A program made the translations under genes and the position numbers. This document shows, one piece after another, positions 19,618 through 28,778 of a stretch of 64,000 bases of DNA (position 1 is the stretch's first letter; every line of letters begins with the position of its first letter). The notes under the pieces are model-generated. The model had not been told where the DNA came from. It saw nothing but the letters and a program-made list of their open reading frames with translations, and searched no databases. Source of the DNA: Candidatus Shapirobacteria bacterium (GTDB lineage: Bacteria > Patescibacteriota > Microgenomatia > UBA12405); the NCBI GenBank assembly GCA_041659325.1, contig JBAZYN010000001.1:238819-302818 (forward strand), written 5' to 3'.

Positions 19618-20649
19618 ATGAAGAAAACTTTAACCGTAATTTTCCTCTTTGTTATCTCTTTCATATTAATAATCTCCCTCATTGTCGGTATCTTTATAAA
19701 AAATATATCCGACAAAACCAATCGATCGCTTTCATATTTTTTTCAAACCTATTCAACCGCACAAAAGAATAGACAAAATATCGCTGATGACTCCATTTCA
19801 ATTATGGTTTTTGGCTTGGACAGAAGAGATGATCTTTTAGAAAAAACTGAAGTTACAGACACAATAATTCTGGCAAATATCAACCTTAAAACCGCTAAAC
19901 TTAACCTCATTTCCATCCCCCGCGATCTTTGGTCTTACGACACCAACACAAAAGTCAACTCCATCTATCCTCTGTCCAAAGATAAACAAAATAAATTTCA
20001 ATTTATCCAGAGTGAATTCGAAAAAATCACTGGCCAAAAAATTACCAACACAATTGTAATTTCTACCGACAACCTGATTGACTTCGTACAACTTATCGGT
20101 GGTGTTGATATTTATTTAGAAAACGGGTTCATAGATGACAAATATCCCAATCCTGACTATGTGGCCAATCCTTCTCCCTTAATCCCGATATACAAGACCA
20201 TAAAATTTCCGGCCGGGAAAAACCACCTCGATATATCAAATATAACTGAATTTGTCCGCTCCCGCAAAAATGCCGAAACATCCGCAAATGGCGGCACTGA
20301 TATCGGTCGAATTTTACGCCAACAACTTCTAATTGAAGCCATTATACAAAAAATAAAAAACTCCGATTTCATAAAAAGCCCTAAAAACCTCATCCATCTT
20401 TACAATTTTTGGCGTCAGACTATTGAAACAAATATAAATGACTCCGACATCATTACTTGGGGGCTTCTATTGGACAAAAACGTAAAAAATATAACTATCC
20501 AAAAGACCACTGTCCCAACCGCAGAATACCCCGAAGTATCGGTTATCTACCACCCCTATCGGTTTATAAACACTCAGTGGGTATACATCCCCGAAGATGA
20601 AAATTATAAAAAGTTACACCAATTTATTGCCAAATCAATAGGTGAATAA
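19618..20649 (+). CDS. LCP (LytR-CpsA-Psr) family glycopolymer transferase
   Basis: TM anchor, GLD.R, TDTII, ISIPRDLW, K.N, IGGVD, FVRSR, D.GR..RQQ. Confidence 0.92.
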   Translation: MKKTLTVIFLFVISFILIISLIVGIFIKNISDKTNRSLSYFFQTYSTAQKNRQNIADDSISIMVFGLDRRDDLLEKTEVTDTIILANINLKTAKLNLISIPRDLWSYDTNTKVNSIYPLSKDKQNKFQFIQSEFEKITGQKITNTIVISTDNLIDFVQLIGGVDIYLENGFIDDKYPNPDYVANPSPLIPIYKTIKFPAGKNHLDISNITEFVRSRKNAETSANGGTDIGRILRQQLLIEAIIQKIKNSDFIKSPKNLIHLYNFWRQTIETNINDSDIITWGLLLDKNVKNITIQKTTVPTAEYPEVSVIYHPYRFINTQWVYIPEDENYKKLHQFIAKSIGE

Positions 20650-21346
20650 CCAGACAAAAGATTTTTATTACCAAATCCACGTCAGTCGTTACAAAACACT
20701 ATTTTGTGAAATTAAATCGCTAGGTCTACCCGAAAGGTCAAAGGTACTAGACATCGGCTGTTTCCCCCCCTACCTTTATAATTTTCTTAAAAAACAAAAT
20801 TTTGACGTCTATGGTATCTGTTCACCACATGAGGTTCTTAATCAACCCAAAGTCAGCGTTTTAAACATTGATACCGATAGCCTGCCTTACCGGGATGACC
20901 AATTTGACCTTGTGGTTATGTCTGAAGTCATGGAACATCTTACCGATAATCCTGTAAATATCATGTCAGAAGTTTATCGTGTACTAAAGCCAAATGGTTT
21001 CTTTCTCCTTACCACCCCTAACGTTCTCCGCACACAAAACGTTATTTCCCTTATAATCGGTAAAAATATTTATTTTTCTCTCGACCAACTCAAAAACTCA
21101 AGCCAAAAAACAGGGACAATTTATTTTCGTCACAACCGTGAATATACACTTGCGGAAGTCCTTATTCTACTAAAAAGCTCGTGTTTTTCAAAAACTATCT
21201 CAAAACACTTCATTTCCTACCCACCCTTTAGAACAAAAAACCACGCCGATTCTTTTTGGCTAAAAATCCAAAAATATTTAAACTATTGTCTTATGATGAT
21301 ATTCACGAAAAGAAAAGATACCTTGCTCATATTGGCTCAAAAATAA
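20642..21346 (+). CDS. Class I SAM-dependent methyltransferase
   Basis: VLDIGC, LPY.D..FDLV.MSEVMEHL, RVLKP.G..LLTTPN, H.REYT. Confidence 0.88.
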   Translation: MNNQTKDFYYQIHVSRYKTLFCEIKSLGLPERSKVLDIGCFPPYLYNFLKKQNFDVYGICSPHEVLNQPKVSVLNIDTDSLPYRDDQFDLVVMSEVMEHLTDNPVNIMSEVYRVLKPNGFFLLTTPNVLRTQNVISLIIGKNIYFSLDQLKNSSQKTGTIYFRHNREYTLAEVLILLKSSCFSKTISKHFISYPPFRTKNHADSFWLKIQKYLNYCLMMIFTKRKDTLLILAQK

Positions 21347-21401
21347 TTTTGTCTACTCCTTTATCTGCTATACTGAACTATTATTAGCTTATCCAAAATA
21401 T

Positions 21402-21887
21402 ATGGAAATCGTCAATCTTTCACCATCAGTTAATACTAGCTCACCAATCAAAAATGAAAAAATGATTACTGTCCCTATATTAGTGATAGTTTTGGCCCTG
21501 TCAATTACCGGAGGTTTTTTTGCCTCACGCTTAAAGCCAATATCTAATTCTCAAAACCAAAACCCCACTCAATCTGCAGATACCGTTGCAAATACCCCGC
21601 CTGACACCGCAGAAAAAGTCGAAGTTGGGAAAATTTACGGTAACCTCGAGAAAAATTTTAAAGACATCGCCACCGGAACACTAGAAAAAGGTAGTATCAA
21701 CGGAGAAGGAACCCATATCCTCAACCGTCCGGGTGGTAAATCACAGAGAGCCTCACTGACTTCCTCGGCCGTAGACCTTGATCTTTTTATCGGCAAAAAT
21801 GTCGAAGTAAGAGGAGAAACCAATTCTTCGACAAAAACCTCCTGGCTAATGGATGTTGGCAGTATTAAGGTACTCGAAAACCAATGA
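21402..21887 (+). CDS. Hypothetical single-pass membrane protein with a small beta-rich ectodomain
   Basis: One TM, an N/Q/T/P-rich linker, GEGTH.L.RPGG..Q...LTSS.VDL. Extended -10 TGCTATACT at 21366-21374. Confidence 0.75.
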   Translation: MEIVNLSPSVNTSSPIKNEKMITVPILVIVLALSITGGFFASRLKPISNSQNQNPTQSADTVANTPPDTAEKVEVGKIYGNLEKNFKDIATGTLEKGSINGEGTHILNRPGGKSQRASLTSSAVDLDLFIGKNVEVRGETNSSTKTSWLMDVGSIKVLENQ

Positions 21888-22546
21888 AAGTAATATTCGA
21901 TAATGTTTCCAAAAATTTCGGAATAATTTCCGCCCTAAAAGACATCAACCTAAATATCGATAATGGCGAATTTATTTTTATCGTTGGTCCCTCCGGCGCC
22001 GGAAAATCTACCCTTCTCAAATTAATCCTGGGCCAAATCAGGCCATCATCCGGTTTAATCACCATCGATGATATTGATTTTGGTCATGCCAAAAAAAGCC
22101 AGATAGACAAAATCCGAAGAAAAATAGGCATCATATTTCAAGATTATCAGCTTATTGCCGATAAAAGCGTTGAAGAAAACATCTCCCTCGCCCTTGATAT
22201 AGTCGATTTTCCACCAACCGAAAGACAGTCCAGAATCGATGAAGTAATAAAAAAAGTTAATCTTTCTAGCCGTCGCTTTTTATTCCCCTCACAACTCTCG
22301 GGTGGGGAAATGCAAAGGGCTGCTCTGGCACGAGCTCTTGCCATCAAACCCAGCCTTATCCTGGCCGATGAACCAACAGGCAATCTGGATGTAGAAAACT
22401 CCTGGAACCTAATAAAGCTTCTTAAAGATGTTAACGAACAATACAATACTTCCATAATCATGACCACTCACAATCTCGATATTGTTGACTCCCTAAATAA
22501 AAAAATTATTAAACTCCGCAACGGAGAAATAGAGCAAAAGAAATGA
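21884..22546 (+). CDS. ftsE: Cell division ATP-binding protein FtsE
   Basis: [32 protein letters not shown]; adjacent to ftsX. Confidence 0.92.
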   Translation: MKVIFDNVSKNFGIISALKDINLNIDNGEFIFIVGPSGAGKSTLLKLILGQIRPSSGLITIDDIDFGHAKKSQIDKIRRKIGIIFQDYQLIADKSVEENISLALDIVDFPPTERQSRIDEVIKKVNLSSRRFLFPSQLSGGEMQRAALARALAIKPSLILADEPTGNLDVENSWNLIKLLKDVNEQYNTSIIMTTHNLDIVDSLNKKIIKLRNGEIEQKK

Positions 22547-23415
22547 GCACCATAAAAAACACCTGGCATCACATACGTCGGTCACCGTTCCAAAGCCTCA
22601 CCGCAATCCTAATTATGTTTATTACCTTTTTTTCACTTACTACTTTTTTAGTTATAAGCGACGGTATGGGCTCAGTCCTTAGATACTTTGAGACAAAACC
22701 CGAGGTGACCATATATTTGAAGGACGGACTGGACAAAAATACCATGGATAATCTTCAAAAAGAATTAGCAAATTACCAAAACGTTAAGGAGATAAAATTT
22801 ATATCCAAAGAAAAGGCTCTATCAATTTACAAGGAACAAAACAAATCAAACCCTATGTTGACAGAAATGGTAACCGCTAGCATCCTCCCCGCATCTTTCG
22901 AGGTCTCGGTATCCGATCCTTCCGTCTTGGAACAAATTGCTCAAAATTTTTCTGCCAAAACCAACGTCGTCGACGAAATAATTTACCAAAAAGACATGAT
23001 TACTTCACTTCTTAATTGGACCAATATTATCCGAAAAAGCGGCATCATAATAGTCTCTATCACGGCAATAATCTCCTTTTTCGTCACCTCAGTAATTATC
23101 GGTATGAAAATTACCAATAGAAAAGAAGAAATTCATATTAGTCGTCTGCTTGGAGCCTCAAAGCATTATGTTAAAAAATCATTTCTATTGGAAGGTATTT
23201 TTTACGGATTTTTTGGTAGTTTAACCGGCGGACTAATCAGTCACCTTCTTTTATATAAATTCACCCCCCAATTTAACACCTTTTTCCAACCAATTATCTT
23301 CATAAGAAATGACTATACTCTCTACGGCCTAATCCTCTTGATCGAAATATTCTTGGGCATGATTATCGGATACACCGCTAGTTGGTTTGGTACCAAAAGA
23401 TACATAAAATTCTAA
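22543..23415 (+). CDS. ftsX: Cell division permease FtsX
   Basis: Four TMs, ISKE.AL, R..EI.I.RLLGAS..YV...FLLEG. Confidence 0.92.
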   Translation: MSTIKNTWHHIRRSPFQSLTAILIMFITFFSLTTFLVISDGMGSVLRYFETKPEVTIYLKDGLDKNTMDNLQKELANYQNVKEIKFISKEKALSIYKEQNKSNPMLTEMVTASILPASFEVSVSDPSVLEQIAQNFSAKTNVVDEIIYQKDMITSLLNWTNIIRKSGIIIVSITAIISFFVTSVIIGMKITNRKEEIHISRLLGASKHYVKKSFLLEGIFYGFFGSLTGGLISHLLLYKFTPQFNTFFQPIIFIRNDYTLYGLILLIEIFLGMIIGYTASWFGTKRYIKF

Positions 23416-23423
23416 GTTCGTCT

Positions 23424-24539
23424 ATGCAAATAAAAGCCTTAATATTTGGCGTATTTTTTATTATTATTTACTCTTTAAATTTTATCCCCAAAACTTTTGC
23501 CGCTTGTTCGGATGGTCGATGTGACAATCCGGAAGAATATGATAACTATATAAAAGAACTGGGGGATAAAGTTGTAGACCTTTCAAAGGCCAAAGACACT
23601 CTGGTCAACCAAATCAGCTATCTAAACTCTCAGATTCAACTTACCTTAGTCAAAATTACACAAACTGAAAACTCAATTAATACCCTGGAAAAAGAAATTG
23701 ACTCGCTTACCATAAAAATCGACAATCTCGACGTATATCTTAACCAACTCTCCTCAGCCTATATCCAACAAATTAACCAAAATTACCGGCTTCAGCGACG
23801 AAATTCTCAGCTAGAATTTTTTCTAAACGGCAATTTTAATGGTCTTTTGCAACAATACAAATATATTGCTTCTGTCCAAAAAAGCAGTCAGGAAACTTTA
23901 ATCAACATCGAAACGGTCCGGACCAACTATGATCTCCAAAAAGTCGCCAAAGAAAAGAAACAGGAAGAGCTAGAACTACTTCGAAAGACTCTTGCTACCC
24001 AAAAAATCAGTCTAGCTGGCCAAAAAACCACCAAAACCGGATTACTGGAAATTACAAAAAACGACGAGGCAAAGTATCAATCACTTAAAAAAGCCGCCGA
24101 AAACGAATTAAGCTCACTTTTAAAGGCCAAATTTACGGGTAAGCGGAATGTTAAAAAAGGAGAAGCGCTAGGCACTATGGGTAATACCGGATATTCTTTC
24201 GGGGATCATCTCCATTTCGGGTTATATGAACTCCACGAAGAAGATTTGAATAAGTGGGTTTACGCCAATGATATTGACCCATCTTCATACATGGACAACC
24301 ACAGAAAACCCATGGATGATCCGATTGAAATTACACAAGGTAGAGGTAATACTAAATACTCATACCTCTATTCAGACCGTTTCCACCATGGAATTGATAT
24401 GGTATCCAGTAATAAAACAATCAGGGCAGTCAATGACGGTGTTGCTTATTTCTTCAGAAACGCTGGCAGCAGTCTTGGTAACCATGTAAAGCTATTTCAC
24501 CCGGACGGCAAGATGACTCTCTACCTGCATATGCAATAG
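23424..24539 (+). CDS. FtsEX-associated coiled-coil murein hydrolase with a circularly permuted M23 peptidase domain
   Basis: Signal peptide and long coiled coil; GNTGYSFGDHLHF precedes HHGID...TLYLHM. ATG at 23424 preferred. Confidence 0.85.
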   Translation: MQIKALIFGVFFIIIYSLNFIPKTFAACSDGRCDNPEEYDNYIKELGDKVVDLSKAKDTLVNQISYLNSQIQLTLVKITQTENSINTLEKEIDSLTIKIDNLDVYLNQLSSAYIQQINQNYRLQRRNSQLEFFLNGNFNGLLQQYKYIASVQKSSQETLINIETVRTNYDLQKVAKEKKQEELELLRKTLATQKISLAGQKTTKTGLLEITKNDEAKYQSLKKAAENELSSLLKAKFTGKRNVKKGEALGTMGNTGYSFGDHLHFGLYELHEEDLNKWVYANDIDPSSYMDNHRKPMDDPIEITQGRGNTKYSYLYSDRFHHGIDMVSSNKTIRAVNDGVAYFFRNAGSSLGNHVKLFHPDGKMTLYLHMQ

Positions 24540-24540
24540 A

Positions 24541-25167
24541 TTAAAATCCTCTGGCCAATTTTCGGAGATACAAAGCCAAAACACCACCTGATACTAATAG
24601 AGCAGTTTTTACGGGTAATGAATCATCGCCAGTCGTCGGAACCATTTTTTTAGCCACATAATAGGAAGCGTTGTCCTTATCATTTACATTGCCGGAAACG
24701 ACATTTACCTTGTTGGTTAATTTCATAGCAGTCACTCCGATTGATTCAACACCGCTAATCTTGGCTCGGATCACGTATGTTTTGCTTTGTCCAGGCAATA
24801 ATTTTTCCAAATCCCAGTTAATCGTATTTGAATTTTTATCAACTGATCCTGGGCTAAAAACTAACGATAGATATTGCGGTAATACGTCAGAAAAGGTCAT
24901 ACCGGTTAGATCTTCATTACCGGCATTTGTAACCACTATCTCAAATTCAATGGTATCTCCGTCCACAAAAGTATATTTCGAGCTTGGTATATTATCAAAC
25001 AGAATATTTTCCTTCATAAGTCTAATCTTCTTATCGATGGTCACTATTTTTTTCAGATCGTTTTGAGAATAATACTGCGCCCCAACACTCCCGGGATTAA
25101 AAAAACTGAAAACTAGACCAAAAGCCGCTGCTAGAATAAAACCGATTTTAATGTTTTTGTGTTCCAC
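24541..25167 (-). CDS. Secreted DUF11/Ig-like domain protein with an LPxTG-like sorting signal
   Basis: Signal peptide; GDTIEFEIVVTNAG, D.LP..L, W....L.PG.S; C-terminal VPTTG, then a hydrophobic stretch and RKLARGF. Confidence 0.82.
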   Translation of the reverse strand: MEHKNIKIGFILAAAFGLVFSFFNPGSVGAQYYSQNDLKKIVTIDKKIRLMKENILFDNIPSSKYTFVDGDTIEFEIVVTNAGNEDLTGMTFSDVLPQYLSLVFSPGSVDKNSNTINWDLEKLLPGQSKTYVIRAKISGVESIGVTAMKLTNKVNVVSGNVNDKDNASYYVAKKMVPTTGDDSLPVKTALLVSGGVLALYLRKLARGF

Positions 25168-25201
25168 CTGCTTTTATTATATATATAAACTATTACAGGA
25201 C

Positions 25202-25229
25202 ATTATATCTCAATTTTACCCCATGTCAA
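25202..25229 (-). promoter_or_regulatory. Consensus promoter TTGACA-16-TATAAT for the sortase-substrate gene
   Basis: Minus-strand TTGACA at 25229-25224 and TATAAT at 25207-25202; a second TATAAT at 25181-25176. Confidence 0.6.
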
Positions 25230-25250
25230 GTAGTCTGCTATACTTTCACT

Positions 25251-25976
25251 ATGCATAAAAAACTTCTCAAAGAACTATCAATATTTTTTCCATGCTACAA
25301 CGAGGAAAAAAACATATCAGATACGGTTGACAAAGCAGTCCCCGTTTTGAAAAAAATATCCGACCAGTGGGAAATTATATTGGTTAATGACGGTTCAAAA
25401 GATAAAACGCCCCAAGTTCTTGAAACTATCAAAAAAAAATACCCCCAAAACACTTCTATTATCACTCACAATCCCAATAGGGGATATGGGGCCGCTTTTA
25501 AAAGCGGAGTCTATAACTCAAGATACGAGTGGATTGCCTTTACAGACGCAGACGGTCAATTTGATTTTTCCGAAATTACTAAACTGATCAAAAAACAACA
25601 GACTACCGGTGCTGATTTAGTTATAGGATATTATTTAGGGAGAAAAGTCCCGTTTTACCGAATCTGGGGATCTTCTCTTTGGCAAATCGCTGTATTCATT
25701 CTTTTCGGTCTTAAAGTAAAAGATATCGACTGCGGCTTTAAACTCATTCGGAAAAAAGTAATCGACACCATTCCGAAGCTAGAGGCCGAAAGAGGGCCGT
25801 TTATATCAAGTGAATTCCTAATTAAAGCAAAAAAATCCGGTTATAAAATAGTAGAAATCGGAGTAAGTCATTTTAGTCGCACGGCCGGTGAAGCAACCGG
25901 AGCCAAACTAAACGTCATTCTGGCCGGATTCAAGGATCTGTTCCGGCTCTGGTACAAAATAAATTTCCAAAAATGA
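25251..25976 (+). CDS. GT2 polyprenol-phosphate glycosyltransferase (DPM1-like)
   Basis: FFPCYNEE, VNDGSKD, N.GYG.A, FTDADGQF, DIDCGFKL, EIGV.H..R..G. Confidence 0.9.
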   Translation: MHKKLLKELSIFFPCYNEEKNISDTVDKAVPVLKKISDQWEIILVNDGSKDKTPQVLETIKKKYPQNTSIITHNPNRGYGAAFKSGVYNSRYEWIAFTDADGQFDFSEITKLIKKQQTTGADLVIGYYLGRKVPFYRIWGSSLWQIAVFILFGLKVKDIDCGFKLIRKKVIDTIPKLEAERGPFISSEFLIKAKKSGYKIVEIGVSHFSRTAGEATGAKLNVILAGFKDLFRLWYKINFQK

Positions 25977-27469
25977 CCTTGTTTCGAAGAATCCTTGGTT
26001 ATGCTAAAACTGAAAAGACCCTAATTCTCATCCTTTTTCTTGCCGCCTTTTTCAGACTTTATGATGTTGGCGGCTATATGGAATTCTTGGGTGATCAGGG
26101 AAGGGACATGGTAATTGTCCGAGATTTCCTTAAAAACGGTAATCTTTTTTTTATCGGGCCTCAAACCAGCATCGGTAACATGTATCTCGGCCCGTTCTAC
26201 TACTACCTAATTGCCCCATCACTGCTTTTATCCGGATATAACCCCACAGGACCATCAATATTTATCGCCATTTTATCTATATTAACCGTTTTTCTGATTT
26301 ATAAAATTTCAAATAAATGGTTTAGCAAAAATACCGCCATTATTGCCTCAATTTTGTATTCTATTTCTCCGGTTGTAATTAAATACTCCAATTTCTCCTG
26401 GAATCCAAATGTAATGCCTTTATTTTCCCTGCTTTTTGTATATTTTATGGTTGAAGGTCTTACTCAAAAAAAATACCTCTATTTTATCTACGCATCTCTT
26501 TCCTATATTATGGCCATTAATTCCCATTATCTAGCCCTCCTTCTGCTCCCTCTTGCAGCAGTCTTGTGGTTTATCCACTTGTTCAAAACAAAGAAGATCT
26601 CCAAAGAGTTCTTCACTTTTACCATATACGCGATAGTAATTTTTGTGATTTCCCTGACTCCTCAGATATTATTTGACCTGAAACATCAAAACCAAAACTT
26701 AAACGCTTTAGTCAAGTTCTTTACCAACAGGGAAACCACTGTCAATCTAAAGGCTTACAAGACCCTCCCTAGCCTGATTCCTCTGACTAATCAGATCAAT
26801 TCCCGTCTCCTCCTGGGAAAAAACGAAACATTATCCCTACCGCTAACCGTCTTTATTTTTGTAGGCTCATTTCTGGTTTTTTTCAAAAAAAATACCAAAA
26901 GAACCTATTTCGTTGCCCTATTTCTGTGGTTACTTTTTGGCATCGGCGGGTTGGGACTGTACAAACAACATATATACGACCACTACTTTGGCTTTATCTT
27001 TCCGGTCCCATTTATTATTGTAGGCATAGTTTTAAGCTCGCTATTTGAATTCAACCGTTTGACCAAAATTGTCGGCTCGGCCCTGCTTCTCATTTTAGTT
27101 TATCTATCCGTTCTTGAAACACCCATCCAATACCCTCCAAACAATCAATTGCAAACTACACAAACTATCGTCAAATCAATTCTCGCTGAATCAAATAATC
27201 AACCTTTTAATTTTGCCCTTCTGGCAAAACAAAATTATGACCCGCCTTATAGGTATTATTTTTCCGAATATAACTCACAAATCTATCTTCTTCAAGATAA
27301 GATTACCGACCAACTTTTTGTAGTTTGCGAACCATGGCAGATAGACTGCCAACCGATAAACAACCCCGAATGGAATATTGCCGCCTTTGGGTGGGCAAAA
27401 ATTGACAAACAATGGCAAATAAACGGAATAACAATATTTAAGCTAACTCATAATGTTCCGAAAAATTAA
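25973..27469 (+). CDS. GT-C glycosyltransferase (ArnT-like, DQ type)
   Basis: FLGDQGRD, FIGP, YLGPFYYYL, SWNPN; multi-pass. Confidence 0.85.
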   Translation: MTLFRRILGYAKTEKTLILILFLAAFFRLYDVGGYMEFLGDQGRDMVIVRDFLKNGNLFFIGPQTSIGNMYLGPFYYYLIAPSLLLSGYNPTGPSIFIAILSILTVFLIYKISNKWFSKNTAIIASILYSISPVVIKYSNFSWNPNVMPLFSLLFVYFMVEGLTQKKYLYFIYASLSYIMAINSHYLALLLLPLAAVLWFIHLFKTKKISKEFFTFTIYAIVIFVISLTPQILFDLKHQNQNLNALVKFFTNRETTVNLKAYKTLPSLIPLTNQINSRLLLGKNETLSLPLTVFIFVGSFLVFFKKNTKRTYFVALFLWLLFGIGGLGLYKQHIYDHYFGFIFPVPFIIVGIVLSSLFEFNRLTKIVGSALLLILVYLSVLETPIQYPPNNQLQTTQTIVKSILAESNNQPFNFALLAKQNYDPPYRYYFSEYNSQIYLLQDKITDQLFVVCEPWQIDCQPINNPEWNIAAFGWAKIDKQWQINGITIFKLTHNVPKN

Positions 27470-28778
27470 TTCAAATGTTATCTTGCTGATAATTTTGTTG
27501 ATTTCCCTCTGCTTCAGAATCTATAAGCTCAATGAACTTTATAATTTTGACTGGGACCAGGAAGACGATGCCCAGAAAGTGACCGAAATGATCACCAGTC
27601 ATAAGCCCAGGTTGATAGGGCCAAGAGTTGCAAACGACAATGGATTCTTTGTCGGCCCATTTCATTATTATTTTTTAGTCCCTTTTTACCTTATTACCAA
27701 CAATAATCCAATCGCCGGTGCCTATGCATCAATATCTATAGGGTTAATTACGACTCTGGTTATATATGTAGTCTCTCAAAAAATATTCGGTGAAAATACC
27801 GCCCGTCTTTCCGCCCTAATTTATTCCCTACTACCATCGATTACCTCCTGGAACGTCATGTACACCGCTCCGCTATCACTTATTATATTTTATCTGTGCC
27901 ACCAACTTATTTCCGGAAAGAATAATCTTTTTCCTTTGTTGATTTTTACATATTCATTCTCAGCCACCACCCACCTTGTTCCCGTCTCTCTTTTTATCCC
28001 CATTATTATTTCTCTTTTGCTAGCCGATAAAAAACCTTCCTCAAAACAAATTATTTTAAGCCTGATACTTTCAATAATCCCCCTCATTCCCTTGATTATT
28101 TTTGACCTGAGACACCAATTTCTTAATATTAAAAACTTAATTAATTTTATATCCGTATCAAAAAATAATGACTATCCTCCGTATTTATTTTTAAGAAGTT
28201 ACTGGCGCTCAATCAATCTACTTTTTATTAAAATCCATTATTTAATAATTGTTGAAAGAATAGTGATAATTACGGCTGCTTTGACCTCCGTTTTTCTACA
28301 AAACAATAAAAAATATAAAATATTTATTTTCTCCTGGCTTTTGACCCCAATACTTATTTTGTCTTTTTATCGGGGAAATATTCCCGAATACTATTACGGA
28401 TCTTCCAACATTATAATCCCTATCCTCTTGTCTTTCCTGATTTCCAAAATATTGTCAGCAAAATTGTTGACCTTTTTTTCAGTCGCTTTCCTGACATTCC
28501 AAATTATAAATTTCCCTTCCACTCCGACTGGCATCACCCTAAAGGACAAAACGGAAGCAGTGTCTTTTTTAATTAACCAAAACCGGGATCCGATTTTTAA
28601 TGTCTCCTACGACCTCCCCTTAGGTTTTGATAACGGCTATGCATATCTTTTTCGTTATTTTGGCAAAGAACCACAGAACACCCCCGCTGGCCACTTGTAC
28701 TCCATTAGCCTTTCAACACGTCCCTCGACTGGGGAAATTGTTTATACAAACAACACTCTCAGCATTGTTCGAAAATAA
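27453..28778 (+). CDS. GT-C glycosyltransferase (ArnT-like, DQ type)
   Basis: FDWDQEDD, LIGP, FVGPFHYY, SWN, FDLRH.F.N. Confidence 0.83.
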   Translation: MFRKINSNVILLIILLISLCFRIYKLNELYNFDWDQEDDAQKVTEMITSHKPRLIGPRVANDNGFFVGPFHYYFLVPFYLITNNNPIAGAYASISIGLITTLVIYVVSQKIFGENTARLSALIYSLLPSITSWNVMYTAPLSLIIFYLCHQLISGKNNLFPLLIFTYSFSATTHLVPVSLFIPIIISLLLADKKPSSKQIILSLILSIIPLIPLIIFDLRHQFLNIKNLINFISVSKNNDYPPYLFLRSYWRSINLLFIKIHYLIIVERIVIITAALTSVFLQNNKKYKIFIFSWLLTPILILSFYRGNIPEYYYGSSNIIIPILLSFLISKILSAKLLTFFSVAFLTFQIINFPSTPTGITLKDKTEAVSFLINQNRDPIFNVSYDLPLGFDNGYAYLFRYFGKEPQNTPAGHLYSISLSTRPSTGEIVYTNNTLSIVRK

